Below, in pieces: positions 39,853 to 52,720 of a stretch of DNA of 64,000 bases (positions are counted from its first letter, which is position 1; every line of letters begins with the position of its first letter). The notes under the pieces were generated by a model. The model ran no database searches. It worked only from the letters and a program-made list of their open reading frames with translations, and was not told the origin of the DNA. Origin of the DNA: Octopus sinensis (taxonomy: Eukaryota); assembly GCF_006345805.1 (NCBI RefSeq), contig NC_043009.1:38688001-38752000 (forward strand). The letters run 5' to 3'. The translations under genes and the position numbers were made by a program.

Positions 39853-40600
39853 ATCTATCTATCTATTCTATCTATCTATCTATCTATCTATCTATTTATC
39901 TACTATCTATCTATCTATCTATTCTATCTATCTATCGAGTCGTTTGATTATATTTTCAAGTTTCTCTTGGTCTTCGCTTTGTATTAGTAGAAGAATATGT
40001 AAATACATAGAAGTAAAAACCTCTAAGCTAATGTAAGTGATTACGTAAGTCCTGTTCTCTTGTCATTCCTTCATTGATTTATACACATGTATGTATATAT
40101 GTATACGGACATGTACACACAATCACTCATACACACGCACACATATATGTTGTCACTTGATTTTATCTTCAAATGTCTCTTTGTGTTAGATCTACTTATA
40201 AGCCATTGTATTTACCATTATGCACATACATACACACACATTTATGAATATATATACAAAGGCATATACACATCTATGTATATATAGATATATATGTATA
40301 TATAAGTATATATATATATATGTGTGTGTGTATGTGTACGTTTAAGTATTTGTATGTATGCATACATGTATATAAACGTATATAAATAGGTATGTTTGAG
40401 TATATATATATATGTATATAAATACACATATATAGTTATACACACAGACATACATTTATGCATATTTACATATGTACGTACGCTTTCATGAATGCGTCCG
40501 TACAAACGTATCTCCATAGAAACGAGCATAAAGCTATAATCATTCCAAAATAATTGAAACACGTTTGGAAATACTTTCGTCTGTTACTTTATATATATAT

Positions 40601-40632
<32 letters not shown>

Positions 40633-42035
40633 ATATATACATACATACATTTATATTTACATATGCACACACAGACAATACATATATACATATATATATG
40701 TGTTTATATATATATAGATAGATATATATATGTATATACATATATGTGTGTGTTCATATATACACACATGTATATAAATAAACATATATGTATACGTTCA
40801 TACATACACACAAAAGATGCATCCATGCATACATTCATACATGCACAAAACACAGACACGGGCACACAGACAGACAGACGGACACACATACCCCTCACAC
40901 ACACACACATGCATTCGTACGCTCAAAAACAAAAGGATGCATCCATTTATGAATTCATACAAACATGTAAGTGCATGCATACATTCGTTCATTTATACAT
41001 ATTCGTACACATATGCATACATACATACATTCGGGCATGCCTGCATACATATATACATACACACGCACATACGTGTATGCATACAAATATCCATACATAT
41101 AAGTACATACGCGCATACACAGATATACTTATATGCGTATATATTTATGTGAGCGTGTGTGTGTGTACATATGACAGTATTCTAAAGAACACTAAATCTT
41201 TGTTGAACAATAGTGGAGCAACGTAAATAAACGTATGTGTTTGTGCGCGCGTATGTTTGTGTGAGAGAAAGAGATAGTGAGAGAGGAAGGAGAGAGAGAA
41301 AGAGTGAGAGAATAAGTGAGAGTTTGAGAGTGTGAGAGAGAGAACAAGCAAGATGGAATGAGTGGGAGAGAGCGAGAGAGAGACAAAAAAAGCTGAAGTT
41401 ATTGATTATAGTTTGTAGTTAACTGATGTTAGTCAGTCTGAATGCTACCAAAGCGTATATGTAAGAAAGCATTACGAGAGTTGACTGCAGCGTTGTCAAA
41501 AGATCTCACTTTCTCTGTCACCTAATGCAAAGCGTCCCAAGGTTAAATGGTGCAATCTATTCATGCAGAAAGAAATGGTGGGAAGGCAATACTTTCTTTT
41601 ATTGTTCCTGCCAAGTAAAAGAACAATAGTCAATAGACTTTTATTATAGAAACGATTTTACCAAACAGGCAACGTTTACTCATTCGGACATCAAATAATG
41701 CATTCTAATATTCATCGCACAAAGAAACATCTTTTTCGATATTTTCTTTTTATTTACTTATTCTTTTTTGGTTTTTGACGAATTTACTTTCCGTCTATAA
41801 CACCATTTTCGTATAGATTTATTGAGAAAAAAAAAATATTGTTTATTGAAATTATACAAAAGAGAATGAAGATAAAGCTGCTTGCTAAGGTAGAAATCTT
41901 TTTGTTTATAAACTAAAGACCTAAATTTCTTTTGAACTGCGCGAATAGTTTTGGGTAGGCTGTGCATGTTTATATATATATACACATATATATATATACA
42001 CATATAATATACATATATATATATATATATATATA

Positions 42036-42328
42036 TCTATATATAAAAGTAAGTGTTGGGTGTCTGTCTCCTACGATTTAGATTCCTAACTACTCCCACA
42101 TTTTGCGGTGCAGTTTAACCAAAACCGGGTATTATAGTCGTGATTCATATCGAGCCCTTCTGGGTATTAGCGCGCATCTACGATGAGTCTACGATTTAAA
42201 AAAAAATACCATCATTTTTTTCCATTTTAATGCATTTTTTCCCTATTATATAAGGGAAGTAACTCTCTAAAAATGCTTATATAGTTATTTCCCTTACAAA
42301 CCCGAGCAACGCCGGGCGATACTGCTAG
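42036..42328 (+). mobile_element. Non-autonomous Helitron (293 bp)
   Basis: 5' TC after A, 3' hairpin cccg-agcaacg-ccggg about 11 nt before the terminal CTAG, followed by T, no TSD. Second copy at 58744-59256. Confidence 0.85.
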
Positions 42329-42457
42329 TATATATATATATATGTTTACGTGAACATACAGATCACCAATACATACATACATACATACATACATAATATA
42401 TATATATATATATATGTGTGTATGTGTGTGTGTGTGTATATATATGTATATATATTT

Positions 42458-42708
42458 GTTCCTTCTCGAGCCATGCCTGGCTCATTAGGGCTGGTTTCCC
42501 GGCGTATAGGTTTCCCACCTGGACGGGACGCCGGTCCGTCGCATGTGAGCTGCAAGATGCAGGAGGAAAGGGTGTTGAGAAAGCTGTGGCGAAAGAGTCA
42601 GCAGAAGTTCGCCATTACTTTACACACACATCGCCTGGTCTGAGATTCGAACCCGCGATCCTTCGACCGCGAGTCCGCTGCTCTAACCACTAGGCCATGT
42701 GCCTCCAT
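42458..42708 (-). mobile_element. SINE family A variant, tail type 2
   Basis: Reverse complement ggaggcacatggcctagtggttagagcagcggactc...gacggaccggcgtcccgtccagg...atgagccaggcatggctcgagaagg. Confidence 0.88.
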
Positions 42709-43649
42709 ACACACACACACACACACACACACAGACACACACATCTATGTTGTGTATGTGTACTGCAAAGAACAAAGTAACACGCCACTACAAAATATAA
42801 TATCGATATAAAAATGAATGTTGATAAGTAGTTACAGATATGCTTGAATGATTTTACTGCATATTGATCCAATGCTGCCATTACTATCGGTCTAATTACT
42901 ACCAATGTTCGATCTAGGACGTCCCCGTCCGTTTAGTTAATATTTGTATGGATCGACATTTGTGAAGCTATCGCGGAACACAGTTGGACAGGATGTTTAT
43001 AAGCTAAAGTCAATAACTGCGAATAGACATGCAACATCATGTGCGATGATGAGTCAGCAATGATATCGTGGATGGAAGCTCGGGTCGTTTGTAATAACTT
43101 GTGTAAATTCAATTAATTGCATGAAGTAAAAATAAAAAAAAATAAAAATAGAAGAAAATAGATGAATAAAAAGAAAAGCAAAAGTACTAATCAAAATATT
43201 GTTCTTAGATGCTCTCCTTCTCATATACAAACATAGGCCAATATTTAATACAGTGTTTCTTCAGAGACAAGTGTATCGAAAAGGAATGTAAAAGGAATGT
43301 TAATATTCTGCGTTGAGCAATCTTTCAGATCATACACATACACACTTATCCAAATGTATGCATACACGTATGTATATGATTATGCATGCATAGAAAAGTA
43401 TCTATGTTAATACATATGCATTCATATCTATCTATCTATCTATCTAGCTGTCTGTCTGTCTGTTTGTCCGTCTGTCTTTCTGTCTTAATACACACACAGA
43501 TATACATATACATATACATACATACATGTATATATGTATGTAGGTAAGTAATATATATATATATGTATAATATATATTATAATATATATATATATATATT
43601 ATATATGAGAGAGAGAGGAGAGAGAGGAGAGAGAGAGAGAGAGAGAAAG

Positions 43650-43815
43650 GGGGGAGTATTCACGAAAAAAAAAACAAAAGACGAAGACAGGTGGTGTAGA
43701 AAACAAACAGATGTATTAGTATAACTCTCGGGAATCGAAAAAGTCTTTAACGTTTCGAGCCTACGTTCTTGCACAGAAAAGAACACAGAAAGAAACAAGG
43801 AGAGAAACAAGGTGA
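43650..43815 (-). mobile_element. ~190-bp pLTR-like repeat (copy 3; HHR motif mutated)
   Basis: Motif at 43745-43780 reads tttt-ctgtgcaa-gaac-gtag-gctc-gaaac-gtt-aaag on the minus strand. Confidence 0.7.
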
Positions 43816-43930
43816 GAATATATATATATATATCAGAGGAAAGTGGCGACAATAATCAAGGCAGGACAAGTACCTCAAGTAATTTAGGATAAAGTGAGTT
43901 TGAAGTAATTAATTAATTAATCATTGGGTG

Positions 43931-44004
43931 TCTTACAGCTGTTTCTTGGATATCCCATGTGGTAGTTTAGCATCTCTATGCACTGGATATTCCATCATCA
44001 GAGA
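43931..44004 (-). ncRNA. Type I hammerhead ribozyme with long stem II
   Basis: Minus strand: TCT-CTGATGA-TGGA-a-TATCC-(29-nt loop region)-GGATA-TCCA-a-GAAAC-AGCT-GTA^AGA. Helix III is the perfect palindrome ACAGCTGT; stem I is only 3 bp. Confidence 0.65.
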
Positions 44005-44409
44005 AAGGTACATATGTATGAAAGTTTTAGACAGGAAATACCCAGTTTATAAAGGAATAAAATAGTAGATATAGAAGAATAAAGAGTAAAACAGTAGATA
44101 GAGGAATACAGGCAGGAGAATAAAGCTTACAGCTCATCTTCTTCCAGCGGGTATGGAGTTTGGATAGATTAATCTATTCCTTCAACATGAACGCAACATT
44201 CAAAATACCGCCAAAATTCTGTCTGGATTTACCTGGAATTATATTGAAGGACCTTTACCTTCGCAGAAGTGCGGAAACTCCTACTTATTCCGTCGAGGGT
44301 GTATATGCTCTACTATTAGACTATTTACTTTATTCAATGTACGGTGATCGCTTATAAACTTTAACCTTATGATATATTATTATTATTTACACACCACACA
44401 TACACACAT

Positions 44410-44475
<66 letters not shown>

Positions 44476-44478
<3 letters not shown>

Positions 44479-44670
44479 CCGTGGTAGATCGCTAGCCACT
44501 ACACGTTCTTTATTTTCTCCCCTTGCTTCTTTCTGTGTCCTTTCTGTGGAAGAGCGTGGGCTCGAAACGTTAAATACTTTATCACTTCCCGAGCCTTAAA
44601 CTAATACATCTGTTTGTTGTCTACACCACCTGTCTTCGTCTTTTGTTTTTTTTTGTTTTTTGTGAATTCT

Positions 44671-44675
<5 letters not shown>
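44476..44675 (+). mobile_element. ~190-bp pLTR-like repeat (copy 4)
   Basis: Motif at 44540-44575: cttt-ctgtggaa-gagc-gtgg-gctc-gaaac-gtt-aaat. Confidence 0.7.
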
Positions 44676-44719
<44 letters not shown>

Positions 44720-44821
44720 GTATATATTTTCAACTTGAGATGGTTGTCTTGCTATCCTTATAAATTTGTGCGCGTGTATATATATATATACATATATATA
44801 TAATATATATATATATATATA

Positions 44822-44855
<34 letters not shown>

Positions 44856-46014
44856 CGAGGCGGGAAATTTTATGTGATTCGATTTCATTTTGCTCTTCCT
44901 CAGTGATAGATAATCGCCTGCTACACATAGAAGTAGTTCACCCCCAGTTTGCGATATATAAATAATCAGTGTCGTAATCATTTTGCAATTAGCAAACTAG
45001 CCCGTTAAGAAAATCTCTATTAGAGACGAATCCTTCACTCGGTGATGAATGATGGATTGTTACTTCTAGAGGAAATGTTATATAAAATTATTTATGCACA
45101 CACTATATTCGTAAAGTAAGTGAATGTTATGATCATTCTAGTGAAATTTATACACACATGCCTGCATTGACAGCATTCATGAAAAATCACCGGACTGTAA
45201 CGTCAGCAACCGAAAATTCGAGTCAAATCAAAGAGCATCTCTCTATTTGCGAAATCTATACATTCATTCTTCTAAAGATAGACGTAAATCTTCTTAATCT
45301 GTTAAATAATGGTTTTACGGTGATTTCTTCACAACAAACAGTCAGAGTTTCATAAACGTTAATTTTCATACAAAATAATGTGTAAATATTTAATTAAATA
45401 AGTAATTAATTTTCCAAATAAATTTATAAAAACAATCATTACGGATTATAATTTATGGGATTTTCTGTCTTATAGTCATCAGTGGAAAATATTTTTGCAC
45501 TGAATATTGCTTAAGATAAATTATGGTTTGATTATTCTGCTGAAAGTATTGAAGAATATAAAGTCACAAAAGCCGAATAATCCAGAATATAGTTTATTAT
45601 ATTCATTATCTGCAGTGAAAGAAGATTTTTAAAGAACAATTAAAGAGAGAATGTTCGCATGGGGGAATTTCAGAAAGTTCGTGTATTGAAAGTGAAGGAT
45701 TTGAAGTGCTTAAAGTCAAGTATATCAAAGTCAGATTATCATGAGATAAAGGGGACGACTTTGGACAGATGCGGACGCAGGTCAGTGGTGAATTGAAGTA
45801 GTAAAGCTTTCAGATGGTTAATTTAATATTTCAGTAATTTCTATTGTTGGGAAGTTAAACAAAAACAACGACAATAATAAAGATGACAATTATGGCCGAG
45901 TGTTATAGATATACCGACACTGTTCTCTCGCCGATTTGTAAACTTTACTAGGAACTTCAAAAGACGTTAAGCTGAGGGTTAAAACTACAGCAGGATCAGC
46001 AGTAGCAGTAATAT

Positions 46015-46059
<45 letters not shown>

Positions 46060-47036
46060 CAGCGTCAACAGCAGCATCAGCAGCCGTTCAAGAATTTGGA
46101 CCTGGAGATCTCCATTTCCAGCGACTTCGAGGGCCACCTCCCAGTGGTGTCGGGCGTAAATGAAAAGCCCTCGACTACAAAACGACCAAAGTTTTTTTTC
46201 CAAGGTCTGAGGTCTCCAGCCCCTAAGCCTTAGACCATCACCTAATCCCCCTTACCCGTCTTGTTGCTTAACAACAACAACAGCAGCGGCATCATCATCA
46301 TCATCATCGTCATCATCACCATCATCACCATCATCACCATCATCATCATCATCAGTAGTAGTAGTAATAGTAGTAGCAGCAGCTACAACTACATCTACAA
46401 CAACGATAAGAGCAACTACAATTTTACTTTTTGTATCAACAATGTACAATGCTTGGAATTTTTCGTTGACAAATCTCCTTTGCAATGGTTCGCAATTGTT
46501 CATGTAGCGAGAAAAAGAGAAAAATAGGGAAGAGAAAGCGAAAGACAAAAATAAAAGCTAGACAAGGTTATATATAATATAATTAAAACGTATATATATA
46601 TATATATATATGCATACATATATGTACATACATAAACATATATGTGTATATATATGCATATATTCAGGACGTCACAAAACGTAAAAAGCATGAAATACGA
46701 AAACAACGTGAAATACGAAGACAAACTTGTGTATGCGAACAGCGAGAGAAATAAACAGAAAACAAGACAAGTAACATAAAAAACGACCCTTCATCGGTTG
46801 TTGGTTGTCCATCTACTCCTCATTTCGAGTAATTAACGACAATACGAGGCTTCATAAGGCAGTTGCTCTCGCAAAGAAAAATAAATATGGGATTTGCGGA
46901 GGGTCAAAGTTGGTAACATATATTCATACATACATATATATAAAGGAGCGTGTATGTGCATGCGTATACATTTATATATCTATATGTATGTATGTATGTA
47001 TGCATGTATGTATGTATGTATGTACGTACGTATGTA

Positions 47037-47095
<59 letters not shown>

Positions 47096-47103
47096 TATCT
47101 ATC

Positions 47104-47137
<34 letters not shown>

Positions 47138-47142
47138 ATATA

Positions 47143-47175
<33 letters not shown>

Positions 47176-47198
47176 ATATCTATATCTATATATATATA

Positions 47199-47351
47199 CT
47201 TTATTTTAAGCAGCAGAAAATTCAACAAAATCTGTTACTCTGAGTTTCTTGTTGCCGTTCATCAGACATTCTAGCAAAAACTGTCTGATGAACGGCAACG
47301 AGAAACTCAGAGTAACAGATTTTGTTGAATTTTCTGCTGCTTAAAATAAAG
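47199..47351. repeat. Near-perfect 70-bp inverted repeat with a 13-nt loop
   Basis: 47199-47268 pairs with 47282-47351; the single difference (T47250/G47300) is a wobble pair. Confidence 0.97.
47276..47323 (+). ncRNA. Minimal type I hammerhead ribozyme inside the fold-back
   Basis: AAAA-a-CTGT-CTGATGA-a-CG-gcaa-CG-a-GAAAC-tcaga-GTA^ACAG-a-TTTT; helix III quasi-palindrome ACTC-A-GAGT. Confidence 0.75.
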
Positions 47352-48007
47352 CATATTACTCTACCACTGGTATTTGAGTACTCTTTTTTCCACCTTGTTT
47401 CACATTTATGTGTTTACTCCGGTATATATATATATATATATATACACGCGCGCACACATGTATGTATGAACACATACACACATGCACGTTCATATGATTC
47501 TAAAGATATCATACGATTATTATTTGATGAGCCAGAACAAAAGAAAAACCAAAAAATTTTGCCTCAAAATTGTTGGGTGATGAGCAACAACCGGAAAAAA
47601 AAAAGCCTAATTAAGAGAGAAAAAACCTTTTACTGAAAGCTGGGCGTGAAACTTAACGTCAACATATACACGTAGCATAGAGGACGAAAGAACACGATAC
47701 ACACACGCGCGCAGACAGAAACACAGTGATGACAGACTTACTGCAGCGAATGTATTTTCAGATAGCATAAATATATATGCTCCGCACGGTCTATGAGAGT
47801 CTGTTAAACGCAAGTATAACCTTCGTTGTTTTACGTTATTATTTGTTTTAAAATGCAGAAGAAGTGAGTAGACGTAGTTTTACTATAGAACGCATTAACT
47901 GGCTTTTAAAAAGAACTTTTACATTAAGAAAAGATAATAAATGAATGCGATTTCGCATAACTAACTGAAATCTACCAGATTAGAACTAAGTGTTGAAACG
48001 ACTTTTC

Positions 48008-48368
48008 CTCTTTACTCTTTTACTTGTTTCAGTCATTTGACTGCGGCCATGCTGGAGCACCGCCTTTAATCGAGCAAACTCGACCCCGGGACTTATTCTT
48101 TTGTAAGCCAAGTACTTATTCTATCGGTCTCTTTTGCGGAACCGCTAAGGAACGGGGACATAAACACACCAGCATCGGTTGTCAAGCAATTCTAGGGGAA
48201 CAAACACAGACACACAAACACACACACGCATATATATACATATATACGACGGGCTTTTTTCAGTTTTCGCCTACCAAATCCACTCACAAGGCTTTGGTCG
48301 ACCCGTGGCTATAGTAGAAAACACTTGCCCAAGGTGCCACGCAGTGGGACTGAACCCGGAACCATGTG
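48008..48368 (-). mobile_element. SINE family C abutting the broken Penelope 3' end
   Basis: Family C body and tail; junction with the Penelope ORF at about 48368. Confidence 0.88.
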
Positions 48369-48369
48369 T

Positions 48370-50730
48370 TGAAGAGTGTATTCGGGCTTGTGTTAGGAGA
48401 CTTTTCATAGATTTAGGCTGTCTCTTGCTTTTTATGATCGTGTGTGTTTGGAGGATTGTGTTCATTCTGTGATCTTTTTTTAGGAGGGGTATGTTGTGGA
48501 GGATGGTGCCGAAGGCTTCATTATTGAGAGGGTTGTGTGTGGAGATGTATGGTAAGGCTTTTGGTCGTAAGTTTTTCTTTGATTTGGGATGTCTCAGTTC
48601 CTTGATGTTCAGTTGAAGGGCACGTTGAATGCACATGTCAATAAGTGAAGGTGGCTAGTTCCTGGTGATAAGGGTATCTTTTAGTTCTTGTAGTCGTGTG
48701 TCTCTCGTGTTTGCATTAGAAACTATAGTGCATATCCTTTTTGCTAGATTGAAGGGAATATTCATCCTGGTGTGTCTGGGGTGGCATGAATTAAATGGAA
48801 GATATTGCTTAGAATCTGTAGGCTTATAATATATGTCTGTTTCTATTACATTATTAGCTTTCTTAATGAGGATATCGAGGAAGGGGAGTTGTTGCTGGCT
48901 ATATTCCATCGTGAATTTCTTGGAATTCTATGAGTTTTTCTATATTTTTATGCCAAAGAAGGAAACAGTCATCTCGATATCTCTTCCAGTTGTTTTCTAT
49001 GTAGATGGAGAAAGGGCTGCCATATCTTTCTAGAACCTTACGATACAGACTGATCTCTAGATATCCTATGATTAGGTTGGCAAAGGAGGGGGCCATTCGT
49101 GTACCCATCGCAGTCCCCGATTTTTGTCGGTAGAAGTTGTCTTTGAAGGCGAAGAAGTTATTTTCCAGGATGAATTTAACCCCTTCTATCACGAATTCTT
49201 TTTTGATGCGATGTGGTAGTTCGTTGGCGTGATTCTCTAGCCAGAATTGGATTGCCTCTAGTCCTAGGTTGTGGGGGATATTGGAGTAGAGGTTGACTAC
49301 ATCGAAGGATACCAGTATGGTGTTTTTGTTTATAGTATTCGGTAGGTGATTGAGCATATCCAAGTCGTCCCTTATATAGCTTTTGATATGTTTGAGGAGT
49401 GGTTTTAACAGGGTGTCTAAAAAATTACTGAGGCGGTGGGTTTCGCATGCGGGACCTGCTATTATGGGTCTCAATTTGAGGTCATTAGGATTAGGGACTT
49501 TAATTATTTTGTCTGTAGCTATCTTGCATGCGTTGCTTATTTTCTCACTTTTGTGTATCTTAGGTATACTGTAGAATTGGCTGGTTTTACTTGTGAAATT
49601 GGTCATATAATCATATTCTTTGTCGGTGAGCCCTTCTTTGTATGGGTTTAACATGGATTTTAGTTCCCTCATTATTTTTTGTTGACTGTAGTTTTGTGGC
49701 TTTTCATAGTATGTTGTGTCTTCCAGCATAGATAGTACCAAAGTTATGTAAAATGTCGTATCCATTAAGACAACAGCACTCCCTTTATCGGCCTCTTTAA
49801 TTGTTATTGTTTTATCTTGTTTTAATTTGTTCAACTCAGCCCATTCTTTTTTGCTGAAGTTTGGTTTGTGTTTTTGTTTGTGCATATGTTGATATGGGTA
49901 ATTTGATATGTGGTCACAGAAATCATCAAGTGTTTTGTTCTTACCTTAGAGGGGGTGTAGTTACTCCTATTTCTGACTAACGATTCGTCCTCGTTGTATT
50001 TGTCGTATAGCTCCTCAGTAAGTCTTAATTTTCTGCAGAATTCTGCGATGTCTTCTTTCATTTCATTGTAGTTGGGGTGTTGTGGGGTGAGTGTAAACTT
50101 GAGTCCTTTGGAAAGTATGTTTATTTGGTTTGCTGTTAGTTCCTTGTGAGTTAGATTGATAATTTTTATCACTTTTGGTTCCTCCTGCTTGTTTGGTGCT
50201 ATCTTGTGTCTCTGTGTTTGCGTATTGGGTCTAAAAATGAATGCGGTGGTTGGGACGGTAGCTATTATATAGTTGTTCTTTGTTGATATGGGGTCTCCTG
50301 TTGTGATTTATGGTGTGTGTTCTTGGAACAGTATTGAGAAGAGCGTCTCGATATCCCATATTCAGGTGTGGTGTTCTAGGAGGCCTTCGTTGGTAATCAT
50401 TGCGAGTGGTGTGGGTTTGTTGTGCATGGTTGTTTAACCGGTTGTTGGAACGAAGATTTCGTTGGTAATTCTTTTGGGTGGGGAGAAGGTTGCAGTGTCT
50501 ATCCTGTGGGTATTGATTTATCCCTTCTCTGCTTGAAGTGGGGGTATTCCTGATATTGTATCGCTGGCTGCTTACAGAGTTAGGGTTAGGTCCTGTATTC
50601 TTTTTTTGATAGTAGTGAAGGTTCCGATTTTTAGACAGGTGTGTATCGGTGTTTGCGTGTTGTTTTGGTTTTCTTATTTTCTGGAAAGGGTTGTTGGAGG
50701 CGTGCTCTGTTTGAAAGACGGCTTCATAGT
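48370..50730 (-). mobile_element. Penelope-like element RT ORF, frameshifted, GIY-YIG domain missing
   Basis: IINL..LT..Q.NILSKGLKF, IKEADKGSAVV, FYSIPKIHK, LRPIIAG, LVSFDVVNLYSNIP, GTAMGTRMAPSFANL, WKRYRDD, LPFLDI, YYKPTDSKQYLPFNSCHP, KRQPKSMKSLL across ORFs 49831-50172, 48899-49885, 48655-48909 and 48370-48636. Confidence 0.95.
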
Positions 50731-51321
50731 TTGAGAACCAAGTGGCGCTTTTCTCCCAGCGCTTTTCTCCCAGCGGCGCTTTTCTCCCACTTGAGAACCA
50801 AGTGGCGCTTTTCTTCTTCATCACCATCATTATCATCATCATCGTCGTCATCATCATCCCCATCATCATCATCTTCTTCTTCTCCTTCTCCTCCTTCTTC
50901 TTCTTCTTCATCATCATCAACATCGTCATCTTCTTCTTCTTCTTCTTCTTCTTCTTCTTCTTCTTCTTCTCCACCTTCTACCTCTTAACTTTATCACTAA
51001 TGCTTTTTAGTATAACACCTACGCAAATTCCATAAATAGACCTTTCAATAGAAATATTCTCCTGAATTCAACTGCAACTGCTAGCCGCCACTGACCATTC
51101 AAAATATGACCATCAAGGCACTCCCAAATTTTTCCACCCCCTCTCCTCATCAACCTTCTTCTTCTTCTAACCTACAAAGAATTCACAACGGCCTCGAACA
51201 CACAAGTGAAAACAAGGGAGACAGAGAAAGGCAGAATGCCACTTATATTTGAACACTATACAAATATTCCTTTAAAAAAACTTTTCTTTTAATTTTTCTA
51301 AATTTAATTATTTAATCGTTA

Positions 51322-51359
51322 CAGTTGAAAAGGTCTCAAAATGACCGAAACCGGTACTG
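51322..51359 (+). ncRNA. Minimal type I hammerhead with compensatory U3:A8 core
   Basis: CAG-TTGAAAA-GGTC-tcaaaat-GACC-GAAAC-CG-GTA^CTG; helix III palindrome ACCGGT; about 0.6 kb from the 5' part of the Penelope ORF, on the opposite strand. Confidence 0.65.
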
Positions 51360-51407
51360 AAATGTTCTTTATAAAATTATTTTAGCATTTTCTATTTTGA
51401 CTTGTTT

Positions 51408-51491
<84 letters not shown>

Positions 51492-51498
51492 ATATATA

Positions 51499-51547
<49 letters not shown>

Positions 51548-51577
51548 TATATATATATTATATATATATAATATATG

Positions 51578-51858
51578 TGAAGGCGCCCTAGTGGCTAGAG
51601 CAGCGGATTCGGGATCGCGGGTTCGAATCTCAGACCGGGCGGTGTGTGTGTTTATGACCGGCTCCGTCAGAAGGTAGTGGCAAACTTCTGCTGACTCTTT
51701 CGCCACAACTTTCTCTCTTTCTCTCTCTTTCTTTCCTCCTACATCTTGCAGCTCACCTCAGACGGACCGGCGTCCCGTCCAGGTGGGGAACCTATACGCC
51801 AAGGAAACCGAGAAACCGGCTCTTATGAGCCAGGTATGGCTCGAGAAGGAACAAGCAA
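51578..51858 (+). mobile_element. SINE family A variant, tail type 2
   Basis: Matches the reverse complement of 42458-42708. Confidence 0.85.
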
Positions 51859-51862
51859 AAAA

Positions 51863-51918
<56 letters not shown>

Positions 51919-52304
51919 TTTATCTTTTACTTGTATAAGTCATTAGTCAGCAGCCAAATTGGGGTGCCGCCTTGAAAAATTTTAATCGGACTAATCAATG
52001 TAGTACTTATTTTCTTAAAGCCTGGTATTTATCCGACCTGTCCCTTTTGCGGCGGGACTGAACTGGAACCAAGTGGTTGGGAAGCAGACTTCTTACTACA
52101 CAACCACAACTGCGCCAATTTGTGATATATATACCCTCTCACGTTTCATTTATTGTAGATTAGGAAAAGTGATTGTATATTTAATTCGGGAATAATTTAT
52201 TATATTGTTAAATAGATTGATATATCATAATATATTAATATGATATATTACTATACTATATAACATTTCAGTATATTATCAAATGATTAAAGTAATAGAA
52301 ATAC

Positions 52305-52535
52305 CTATTTCTTTACTATCCACAAGGGGCTAAACACAGAGGAGACAAACAAGGACAGACAAACGGATTAAGTCGATTACATCGACCTCAGTGCGTAACT
52401 AGTACTTAATTTATCGACCCCGAAAGGATGAAAGGCAAAGTCGACCACGGTGGAATTTGAACCGAGAACGTAACGGCAGACAAAATACGGGTACGCATTT
52501 CGTCCGGTGTGCTAACGTTTCTGCCAGTTCGCCTT
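52305..52535 (-). mobile_element. SINE family B; a degenerate family C copy lies at about 51915-52115
   Basis: Same head, body and tail as the other B copies. Confidence 0.88.
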
Positions 52536-52539
52536 TGAA

Positions 52540-52720
52540 ATAATTATGACGGAATGATGTCATAACCTTCCGAGTTATTTTACAGGGTTTAGAAAAACTG
52601 AAGGCCCGCTGCAAGAATTGTGTGAATGCGAGAGGGGAATATGTTGAAAGAATATCATAATTAACTGATCCTACTGTATTTTCTTTTTCTCAAAGCCAGG
52701 AACATTTCAACATCCCCTCG
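52540..52720 (+). mobile_element. Mariner 3' end fragment
   Basis: YFTGLEKLKARCKNCVNARGEYVE* followed by aaagccaggaacatttcaacatcccctcg|ta. Confidence 0.55.

Noticed and set aside
45670-45780. Plus-strand open segment KVRVLKVKDLKC...RCGR ending at cag|gtcagt
   Set aside because: The acceptor is weak, the peptide is unrecognised, and such a segment is expected by chance in 64 kb.
46055-46230. GC-rich frame QPFKNLDLEISISSDFEGHLPVVSG, faintly like an APE endonuclease GDFN motif
   Set aside because: The similarity is too weak, it is flanked by triplet repeats, and no other APE motifs are present.
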